Positions 25,256 to 32,000 of a stretch of 32,000 nucleotides of DNA are shown piece by piece (the stretch's first letter is position 1; every line of letters begins with the position of its first letter). Position numbers and translations under genes: made by a program. Origin of the DNA: an uncultured Chloroflexia bacterium (GTDB lineage Bacteria; Chloroflexota; Anaerolineae; Anaerolineales; Anaerolineaceae); contig OY969938.1 in assembly GCA_963704755.1 (NCBI GenBank), positions 2,880,001 through 2,912,000 of the forward strand, given 5' to 3'. The notes under the pieces were generated by a model. That model was not told the origin of the DNA, made no database searches, and worked only from the letters and a program-made list of their open reading frames with translations.

Positions 25256-26137
25256 GTGAGAAATCTAAAGTTCAGTGGCAAATTCTTTTCCACCCTCAAC
25301 ATCGTTATGCTGATCGTCATTGCGGTGGTTTGCCTGTTCCCGTTGATCAACGTCCTTGCGATCTCGCTCAGTTCCAAGGCGGCGGTCGGCTCCGGGCAGG
25401 TCAGCCTGTGGCCGGTTGACTTCACCCTGGCCTCGTACCAGTACGTGCTGCAAAAGGCCGAGTTCTTCGCCGCTTTCTTGGTCTCGATCAAACGCGTGTT
25501 GATCGGCGTGCCGGTCAACATGCTGCTGACCATCCTGGCTGCTTATCCCCTTTCGAAGGAGACCCGCGCCTTCCGTAGCCGCAATTTCTACTCCTGGTAT
25601 TTTATGCTCACCCTACTCTTCAGCGGCGGCCTGATCGCCTGGTACATGACCATCGTCAAGACGGGCATTATCGACAGCCTGGCCGCCCTGATCCTGCCGG
25701 GCGCGGTGCCGGTGTTCAACGTGCTCATTTTGATGAACTTCTTCCGCGGCATCCCCAAGGAGATCGAAGAGGCGGCCGTCATCGACGGCGCCAGCCAGTG
25801 GCGCATCCTGTTTCAGATTTTCGTGCCCCTGGCGCTGCCCTGCATCGCCACCCTGACCCTGTTTTGCTTCGTCAACCATTGGAACCAGTGGTTCGACGGC
25901 ATCATGTTGATGAATAACCCCTCGCATTACCCGTTGCAGAGCTACCTGCAAACCCTCATCGCCAATCCGGATGCCACCATGCTCAGCAGCAACCAGGCCC
26001 TGCTCATGACCCAGGTCAGCGACCGCACCAACCGGGCCGCCCAGGTGGTAGTGGCGGCGCTGCCGGTGCTGCTGCTGTACCCTTTCGTGCAGCGCTTCTT
26101 TGTCAAAGGCATCGTGATCGGCAGCGTCAAGGGCTGA
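25256..26137 (+). CDS. Carbohydrate ABC transporter permease (MalG/LplC-like)
   Basis: 293 aa, GTG start. EAA-loop region FFRGIPKEIEEAAVIDGASQWRILFQIFVPLALP. Confidence 0.92.
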   Translation: MRNLKFSGKFFSTLNIVMLIVIAVVCLFPLINVLAISLSSKAAVGSGQVSLWPVDFTLASYQYVLQKAEFFAAFLVSIKRVLIGVPVNMLLTILAAYPLSKETRAFRSRNFYSWYFMLTLLFSGGLIAWYMTIVKTGIIDSLAALILPGAVPVFNVLILMNFFRGIPKEIEEAAVIDGASQWRILFQIFVPLALPCIATLTLFCFVNHWNQWFDGIMLMNNPSHYPLQSYLQTLIANPDATMLSSNQALLMTQVSDRTNRAAQVVVAALPVLLLYPFVQRFFVKGIVIGSVKG

Positions 26138-26171
26138 CCCATTTGCAACTCCTCGGGCTTGTGCGAAAAGT

Positions 26172-26228
26172 CCCCGAATTTGAGGTGTTTGCGCTGGCGA
26201 AGCCAGCGCAAACACCTCAAATTCGGGG
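26172..26228. repeat. Palindromic repeat element, copy 2 (perfect 27-bp arms, 3-nt loop)
   Basis: ccccgaatttgaggtgtttgcgctggc (26172-26198), gaa, gccagcgcaaacacctcaaattcgggg (26202-26228). It shares cgaatttgaggtgtttgc with the element at 6328-6377. Confidence 0.9.
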
Positions 26229-26312
26229 TTCTTGCCGGTTGAGTTAAGGATTTGCATTCATTTCTAAAGAATCCGGGCGTTGCAAAACGCCCGCAACGAA
26301 CTGGAGTACGCT

Positions 26313-27605
26313 ATGACCAAAATTGTATTTATTGGATCGGGCAGCATCATTTTTGCCAAAAACCTGATCGGCGACTGTTTTTTGACCGAATGCCTGCGCG
26401 ACAGCGAGATTGCGCTGGTGGATATCGACCAGAATCGCCTGGACCTCTCCTGCCAGATGATTTCGAACCTCAACCGCTCAATCAACGCCGGGCGGGCCAA
26501 GATCAGCGCGCACCTCGACCGGCGCGAGGCGCTGGGCGGGGCCGACTTCGTGATCACCGCCATCCACGTGGGCGGCTACAACCGCGCTCTGCCGGATTAC
26601 GAGCTTCCGCTGAAATACGGCCTGCGCCAGACCTACGCCGATACCCTCGGCATCGGCGGACTGTTCCGCGGGCTGCGGGTGGCGCCGGTGATCCTGGGCA
26701 TCGCCCGCGACATGGAAGAGCTGTGCCCGCAGGCCTGGCTGCTCAATTACGTCAACCCCATGGCCATGATTACCGGCACTGTGTTGAAAGCCAGCCAGAT
26801 CCACGCCGTGGGCCTGTGTCACAGCGTGCAGGTGTGCGCGAGCACCCTGCTGGAAGAGCTGGGCCTGGATTACCCAGAGGTGGAATATTCGATCGCGGGG
26901 GTCAACCACCAGGCCTGGCTGCTGAAGATCACCAGCCAGGGGCGGGACCTGTACCCCGAGATCAAGGCCGCGGCGGCGCAGCAGAGCCACCACCCCGACC
27001 AGGTCCGCCTGGAGATCATGAAGAAGTTTGGCTATTGCGTGACCGAATCGAGCATCCACACGGCTGAGTACACCCCTTATTTCATTAAAAAGGCCTATCC
27101 CGGCCTGGCCGAATCCTTTGGCCTGAACACCGAGATGTTCCGCGAGTGGAAGAACGACCAGAACAACTTCTACGCCGGCCCGGTGCAGGCTATGATCGAG
27201 GACGAGCACCTGAGCCACACCCGCACGGTAGAGTATTCCTCTCACATTATGGAGGCCATGCTGACCAACGAGCCGATCACGATCAACGGCAACGTGCTCA
27301 ACCAGGGCTACATCGATAACCTGCCCCAAAATAGCTGCGTGGAGGTGCCCTGTGTGGTGGATGGCCGCGGGATTACGCCCCAGCACTTCGGCGCACTGCC
27401 GCCGCAATGCGCCGGGCTGAACCGCACCTACCTCAACCCGGTCGATCTGGCCAGCGAGGCCATCCTGACCGGCAAGAAAGAGCACGTCTATCACGCCGCC
27501 CTGCTGGACCCGCACACCTCGGCCGAGTTGACCGCCGACGAGATCATCGCCCTGTGCGACGATATGCTGGAATCGAATCGAGGCTGGATTCCGGAGTTTG
27601 AATAG
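26313..27605 (+). CDS. Glycoside hydrolase family 4 enzyme (NAD+/Mn2+-dependent alpha-galactosidase/alpha-glucosidase type)
   Basis: ORF 26280..27605. I prefer the ATG at 26313 (MTKIVFIGSGSIIFAKNLIGD, a Rossmann GxGS motif at the N-terminus) with GGAG upstream. The GH4 hallmark is ...NYVNPMAMITG...AVGLCHSVQ. Confidence 0.9.
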   Translation: MTKIVFIGSGSIIFAKNLIGDCFLTECLRDSEIALVDIDQNRLDLSCQMISNLNRSINAGRAKISAHLDRREALGGADFVITAIHVGGYNRALPDYELPLKYGLRQTYADTLGIGGLFRGLRVAPVILGIARDMEELCPQAWLLNYVNPMAMITGTVLKASQIHAVGLCHSVQVCASTLLEELGLDYPEVEYSIAGVNHQAWLLKITSQGRDLYPEIKAAAAQQSHHPDQVRLEIMKKFGYCVTESSIHTAEYTPYFIKKAYPGLAESFGLNTEMFREWKNDQNNFYAGPVQAMIEDEHLSHTRTVEYSSHIMEAMLTNEPITINGNVLNQGYIDNLPQNSCVEVPCVVDGRGITPQHFGALPPQCAGLNRTYLNPVDLASEAILTGKKEHVYHAALLDPHTSAELTADEIIALCDDMLESNRGWIPEFE

Positions 27606-27606
27606 G

Positions 27607-27747
27607 GCAGACCCTCATCCCGGCCTTCTCCCTGAGAGGGGGAAGGAGCAAGAATCGTGCGGGGGCACTGCGGGCCTGCCGATGCTTAGGCCGGCCGGCG
27701 CAGACCCTCATCCCGGCCTTCTCCCAATATGGGGGAAGGAGCAGGAA
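27607..27747. repeat. Two direct copies (period about 93 nt) of a hairpin-containing intergenic repeat
   Basis: gcagaccctcatcccggccttctccc[tgaga/aatat]gggggaaggagca[a/g]gaa occurs at 27607-27654 and 27700-27747. Each copy is followed by a related actgcgggc..ccgatgc segment. A third G/C-tract hairpin, ccccccttcccaagggggg, lies near 27806-27824. Confidence 0.75.
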
Positions 27748-27947
27748 ACTGCGGGCAGACCGATGCCCCGGCTGAGCAAGATTCAGGTGCGCAGCGCATC
27801 TTTTCCCCCCTTCCCAAGGGGGGCCAGGGGGGATTCTTCGCGACTTGCCTGGGTGCTACCCGAGAAGCGCATTACAATACTTTTTGTATTCAGCCGCCCG
27901 GCGACTGAGCCGTTAGAACCCCCCATCCCTCTTAGCGGAGTACTGAA

Positions 27948-30041
27948 TTGCCCATATACATGTCATCCACGCGCTGGATCCTGGAAACCGCAACGACCGG
28001 TTACGCCTTCGAGTTGAGCGACGAGGGCCTGCTCGTCCACAATTATTGGGGACCGCGGCTGTTGAAATCGGAAGATTATCCACACACGCCCGTGCCGGAG
28101 AGATGGGGACCCGACGGGCCGGCTCACCTGGTTCCCGAGGAATACCCGGCGTACGGCGGGCTGAAGTACAGCGAGCCCTGCCTGAAAGCCAGCTTCTGCG
28201 ACGGGGTCCGCGACCTGGTGCTGGCCTACAAAGGCTGCAATTTGGTCGATGGCAGGAACCCCGAGCTGGTCATCCACCTGACCGATGCATATTACCCCCT
28301 CAAGGTCGAGCTGCACTACCGTGTGATCGAGGCCTTCGACCTGATCGAGCGCTGGGTGACCCTGGCCAATGTGGGCGACGAAGCCATCACCCTCGAACGC
28401 GTTTTCTCGGCCCAATGGCATTTCCCGGCCGGGCGCGAGTATTTCCTCACCCACCTGTACGGGCGCTGGATCGACGAGTTCCACGTCCAGCGCGAAGCGC
28501 TCACCCCGGGCTGCAAGGTGCTGGAAAGCCGGCGGATCACCTCCAGCCACCAGCACAACCCCTGGTTCGCCGTCGACGACGGCGCCTGCGACGAGGACCG
28601 GGGCCGGGTCTGGTTTGGCGCCCTGGCCTGGAGCGGCAACTGGAAGCTGGCGGCCGAGGTGACCGAGCGGCGCACCTTGCAGCTCAACCTGGGCCTGAAC
28701 GACTGGGATTTCGCCTGGAAGCTGGCGCCGGGCACGCAGTTTGCCACCCCTTCCAGCCTGGCCGGCTTTACCGACGCCGGCTTTGGCGCCGCCAAACGCC
28801 GCATGCACACCTACATCCGCGACGCGGTGCTGCCCCACGGCCACGAGCTGCACAAGGTGCTCTATAATTCCTGGGAGGCGACCTACTTCGACGTGGACGA
28901 GGGATCGCAGGCCAAACTGGCCGAGATCGCTGCCCGGATTGGGGTGGAGCTGTTCGTCATGGACGACGGCTGGTTCCACGGCCGCAAAAGCGATAACGCC
29001 GGCCTGGGGGATTGGTGGCCGGACGAAGCCAAATTCCCTCACGGGCTGGGCGGGCTGATCCGCAAGGTCAATGACCTTGGCATGGATTTTGGGCTGTGGA
29101 TCGAGCCCGAAATGGTCAACCCGGATAGCGAGCTCTACCGTGCTCACCCCGATTGGGTCATCCACTTTCCCACCCGCGAACGCTCGCAGGCGCGCAACCA
29201 GTTGATCCTCAATTTTGGCCGCGAGGACGTGCGCACTTACATCATCGACGTGATCGGCAAGCTGCTGGCCGAGAACGACATCTGCTTCATCAAATGGGAC
29301 ATGAACCGCAACGTCAGCGAGCCGGGCTGGCCGGGCGCGCCCGGCGACCCGCGCGAGCTGTGGGTGCGCTACGTGTACGGGCTGTACCAGGTGTGGGGCG
29401 AACTGCGCCGGCGCTTCCCCAAGGTGATCTGGCAGAGCTGTTCCAGCGGCGGCGGGCGGGCCGACCTGGGCATTTTACGCCTGGCCGACCAGGTTTGGGT
29501 GAGCGACAACACCGAGGCCACCGCCCGGTTGGCCATCCAGGAGGGCTACTCGTGGGCCTACCCGGCCAATACCATGGAAGCCTGGGTGACCGACGCCGGC
29601 CGGGACCAGGTGCCGTTGGAATTTCGCTTTCACACCAGCATGTGCGGCAGCCTGGGCGTGGGCGCTAACCTGATCCGCTGGGACGAGGCGGATGCGAAAC
29701 TGGCCGGCGCGTGCATCGACCTGTACAAAGCCATCCGCCCCATCGTCCAGCAGGGCGAGCAGTACTGGCTGCGCTCGCCAAGCCAATCGCCATTTTCGGC
29801 CGTGCAGTACATGGATTCGTCCCAGGAGGAAGGGGTGCTGTTCGCCTTCCGCGTGCACATCCCCGAGCCGTACAGCCTGCCGCGGCTGTACCTGCGCGGC
29901 CTGGACCCCCTGGGCGAATATGAGGTCGAAGGCGAGCCCGAGTCCCGCTCCGGCCAGGCCTGGATGCAGGACGGCCTGCAGGTGGAGTTGAAAAATATGC
30001 ACAGCCTGGTGAAACGAATCAAAAAGGTTGGCAGCTCCTAG
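27948..30041 (+). CDS. Glycoside hydrolase family 36 alpha-galactosidase
   Basis: 697 aa. FVMDDGWF. FIKWDMNRN (nucleophile Asp motif). SCSSGGGRADLG (acid/base Asp motif). TTG at 27948 lies 7 nt after GGAG, and ATG at 27960 is the alternative start. Confidence 0.92.
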   Translation: MPIYMSSTRWILETATTGYAFELSDEGLLVHNYWGPRLLKSEDYPHTPVPERWGPDGPAHLVPEEYPAYGGLKYSEPCLKASFCDGVRDLVLAYKGCNLVDGRNPELVIHLTDAYYPLKVELHYRVIEAFDLIERWVTLANVGDEAITLERVFSAQWHFPAGREYFLTHLYGRWIDEFHVQREALTPGCKVLESRRITSSHQHNPWFAVDDGACDEDRGRVWFGALAWSGNWKLAAEVTERRTLQLNLGLNDWDFAWKLAPGTQFATPSSLAGFTDAGFGAAKRRMHTYIRDAVLPHGHELHKVLYNSWEATYFDVDEGSQAKLAEIAARIGVELFVMDDGWFHGRKSDNAGLGDWWPDEAKFPHGLGGLIRKVNDLGMDFGLWIEPEMVNPDSELYRAHPDWVIHFPTRERSQARNQLILNFGREDVRTYIIDVIGKLLAENDICFIKWDMNRNVSEPGWPGAPGDPRELWVRYVYGLYQVWGELRRRFPKVIWQSCSSGGGRADLGILRLADQVWVSDNTEATARLAIQEGYSWAYPANTMEAWVTDAGRDQVPLEFRFHTSMCGSLGVGANLIRWDEADAKLAGACIDLYKAIRPIVQQGEQYWLRSPSQSPFSAVQYMDSSQEEGVLFAFRVHIPEPYSLPRLYLRGLDPLGEYEVEGEPESRSGQAWMQDGLQVELKNMHSLVKRIKKVGSS

Positions 30042-30060
30042 GGGGCTGCCAACCCGTTTT
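30026..30060. terminator. Bidirectional intrinsic terminator between the GH36 gene and the convergent YbjQ-family gene
   Basis: ggttggcagc (30026-30035), 9-nt loop, gctgccaacc (30045-30054). It is followed by cgtttt on the + strand and preceded by aaaaa (a T-run for the - strand). Confidence 0.6.
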
Positions 30061-30111
30061 CATCTTTCAGGTTGGAATGGAAACGATAGCGGGCTTATTG
30101 GGGGAGCAGGC

Positions 30112-30444
30112 TCAGGCAGCCTTCTCGAGCAGCACGGCCGTTCCGTAGCACAGCACTTCGGTGACGCCGTCCATGACGTCATTGGCATCATAACGTACAC
30201 CCACGATGCCTTGAGCCCCCATCTGGGTGGCGTGCTGGAGCATGATGTCGTAGGCTTCCTGGCGGGCGTGTTCGCACAATTCGGTGAAGACGGTAATGTT
30301 GCCGCCTACCAGCGTCTGCAAGCCGCCCACAAAATTGCCGACCACGCTCCGGGAGCGGACCGTGACCCCGCGCACCATGCCCAGGTTGCGGACGGTGCGA
30401 TAGCCGGGGATATCGAAAGTTGTCGAGACGAATTCCGGATTCAT
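30112..30444 (-). CDS. YbjQ/UPF0145 family protein
   Basis: ORF 30112..30474. I prefer the ATG at 30444 (MNPEFVSTTFDIPGYRTVRNLGMVRGVTVRSRSVVGNF.GGLQ...GG), preceded by AAGGA. The sequence pattern and length of about 110 aa are typical of UPF0145. Confidence 0.85.
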   Translation of the reverse strand: MNPEFVSTTFDIPGYRTVRNLGMVRGVTVRSRSVVGNFVGGLQTLVGGNITVFTELCEHARQEAYDIMLQHATQMGAQGIVGVRYDANDVMDGVTEVLCYGTAVLLEKAA

Positions 30445-30483
30445 TAAATATCCTTTCTTATTGGGAGTACTCAAAGTTTGTTA

Positions 30484-30526
30484 TTTTGTATACGGAAACG
30501 GGCGAAACCCGTTTCCGTATACAAAA
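30484..30526. repeat. Perfect 19-bp-arm palindrome between two minus-strand genes
   Basis: ttttgtatacggaaacggg (30484-30502), cgaaa, cccgtttccgtatacaaaa (30508-30526). Confidence 0.8.
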
Positions 30527-30627
30527 ACCGGACGGCTTTTTCGTACATCCTTCTCATTCAAGCGCATGATTTCTGTGAAAACAGGAAACAGAGAAGCGGA
30601 CATTCCCCCGCACCCCGCCTGGGGACG

Positions 30628-31248
30628 CTAACGCTGCGAGGGGATCAGGAAGCGGGCCGGGAAGACGTAAGGCGTGTTCTCGTCTTTCAGCCAATCGATC
30701 ATCTTGAGGATGCCGGCGACGTTCAGCGCCACCCCCAGGAGGATACCCACCAGCCAGTCCAGCGGCGTGGCGGCCTGCTGCCGGATCAGCGTGGTGAAGA
30801 AGATCCCCACCAGGGGCAGGAACAGGACGATGGCCGTGAGCATACCCGGGTTGTAGCGGGTTTTGCCTTTGATGTTGAACAGGAAGGTGTGGGCGATAAA
30901 GTTACCCAACGAGACCAGCAGCGTGGCGATGCCCAGCCACATGGCGCGCCCGGCCAGGATTGCCGCCAGGAAATAGGCCAGCCAGCCGACCCCCAGGTTG
31001 ACGACCAGGGCGATCTGCGGGTTGAGCGGGTAACGGTCCGGCCGGCGGCTGTGGAACATGACCACGTTCATCATGCCGGGGAAGTAACCCGGGTAGCGGT
31101 ATTCCTCGGCCTGGTGCAGAAAGAGCGTGATGAGACTTAGCCAGAGCAGCAAAGCCAGTCCGCCGGGACGGAAAAGCAGCACCCCGCCGGCGGTCAGGAG
31201 CGCCAGCCCCAGGCCAAGGTCGAACCAGTGGAATCGTAGGAAGGTCAT
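30628..31248 (-). CDS. HXXEE domain-containing membrane protein
   Basis: 206 aa, about six hydrophobic segments. The motif FLHQAEEYRYPGYF contains H-x-x-E-E. Confidence 0.8.
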   Translation of the reverse strand: MTFLRFHWFDLGLGLALLTAGGVLLFRPGGLALLLWLSLITLFLHQAEEYRYPGYFPGMMNVVMFHSRRPDRYPLNPQIALVVNLGVGWLAYFLAAILAGRAMWLGIATLLVSLGNFIAHTFLFNIKGKTRYNPGMLTAIVLFLPLVGIFFTTLIRQQAATPLDWLVGILLGVALNVAGILKMIDWLKDENTPYVFPARFLIPSQR

Positions 31249-31540
31249 ATGGGGATATTATACTTGGGGAAGAGGGGGTGGTGGGGAATGGGGAAAGGAA
31301 GAAATTGTGATATATGTGATAATTGAGGAATAACATGGTTTTTGTGCCTATTCAATTAATATTGGCTTGACGGTTAGAAAAATATATTTTATTTTGTGGG
31401 CAATTTATTCACTCGATTTAATCACCTGGAGAAAGTATGTTTCTTTGCGGTTTATATTATTTAGGCTTGTTATCGTTACAATAATAAAAGCTGATTTGAA
31501 ATATACAGAAGAAAAATATAATTGGGTAATAGGGGAATAA

Positions 31541-32000
31541 ATGGATTCGCAAATTACGCATAAATTGATCATTCTTTTTGATAGAAATCAAATAGACATA
31601 AGTCAACTAGATGATTTTGCCAGGAAAACTTTTAAAAATGAAGTGACTACACATGTTGGCCTTACAGGGGACAATAACGTTGAGATCACCATTGAAGGAT
31701 CTCTAGAGGCTGTTGATGAAAGCCACAATAGAATTTCGAAAGATTTTATTGAAAGGAAACATTTAAGTTCGTTTCGACTGAAAGATACGGCCGGAGATGA
31801 AATTCGTTTTAAGGCATATCCTATCCTCTCCACAATTGAACAAGAATTAAGATCTTTTATTAATCATTGTTTGATTGACGCACTAGGGTTTACTTGGTGG
31901 GCTTCATTGGGGGAAATCACTTTACCCGGAGTCATAACGCCTCTTCCACAAAGAAGCTATCACCCATTGGAGTTTATGTCCATTGAGCAACTTATCGACT
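31541..32000 (+). CDS. Hypothetical protein, 5' part only (runs off window); possible Swt1-like HEPN-type segment
   Basis: Not in the ORF track because it has no stop in the window. ATG at 31541 after AGGGGA. My translation is MDSQITHKLIILFDRNQIDISQLDDFARKTFKNEVTTHVGLTGDNNVEITIEGSLEAVDESHNRISKDFIERKHLSSFRLKDTAGDEIRFKAYPILSTIEQELRSFINHCLIDALGFTWWASLGEITLPGVITPLPQRSYHPLEFMSIEQLID. AT-rich composition. Confidence 0.6.
   Translation, partial: MDSQITHKLIILFDRNQIDISQLDDFARKTFKNEVTTHVGLTGDNNVEITIEGSLEAVDESHNRISKDFIERKHLSSFRLKDTAGDEIRFKAYPILSTIEQELRSFINHCLIDALGFTWWASLGEITLPGVITPLPQRSYHPLEFMSIEQLID

Noticed and set aside
26252-27067. 271-aa + strand ORF overlapping the GH4 gene in another frame
   Set aside because: The translation is Pro/Arg/Gly-rich nonsense, whereas the GH4 frame carries the Rossmann and GLCHS motifs.
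27598-28017. 139-aa ORF spanning the GH4-GH36 spacer
   Set aside because: It consists of translated intergenic repeats (PHPGLLP..GKEQE twice, PPFPRGARGD) and then runs out of frame into the GH36 start. It is a repeat-derived ghost ORF.
6328-30526. Possibility that the recurring palindromes form a CRISPR array
   Set aside because: The palindromes are kilobases apart and of different sequence families. They lack regular repeat-spacer periodicity, and no cas genes are present.
1-32000. Search for tRNA, rRNA, transposase or integrase genes that could explain the AT-rich islands
   Set aside because: I saw no T-loop (GTTCGAATC-like) or cloverleaf candidates, no rRNA-like conserved stretches, and no DDE or tyrosine-recombinase-like ORFs on reading the track and sequence. 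Absence cannot be proven without covariance-model or HMM searches.

Overview
High-GC bacterial chromosomal segment with two visibly AT-rich stretches. The PT-linker, Rhs and TadE style hints at a Chloroflexota-like organism, but that is inference only. I ran no database searches, and hairpin and motif coordinates were indexed by hand.

Left to right:
1. A minus-strand three-gene module, TadE-like / TadG-like+vWA / TadE-like+2xPA14+PT-repeat tail. Its last gene runs off the left edge and is missing from the ORF track.
2. A divergent MarR regulator, then a heterodimeric ABC exporter pair. The first exporter gene is split by a +1 frameshift near 7690-7701.
3. A convergent ExeM/NucH-type secreted nuclease and a DHA2-type MFS transporter.
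4. An AT-rich island of about 3 kb (roughly 15.5-18.5 kb) that looks like a decayed polymorphic-toxin locus. It holds an immunity-like gene with an in-frame TAG, two tandem paralogous small membrane proteins, and a 5'-truncated orphan Rhs tip fused to a GIY-YIG-type nuclease toxin. A downstream immunity candidate and a short Rhs-core remnant with another in-frame TAG complete it.
5. A YesM/YesN-type two-component system with a sugar ABC importer (lipoprotein SBP plus two permeases) and two alpha-galactosidases (GH4 and GH36).
6. A YbjQ-family protein and an HXXEE membrane protein.
7. A second AT-rich stretch with a partial gene running off the right edge.

Several long perfect palindromes sit in intergenic regions. 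Two of them share the same arm sequence 20 kb apart. I recognised no rRNA, tRNA, CRISPR array, transposase or integrase. The items most worth follow-up are the orphan Rhs/GIY-YIG island and the stand-alone TadE/TadG-vWA/PA14 module.
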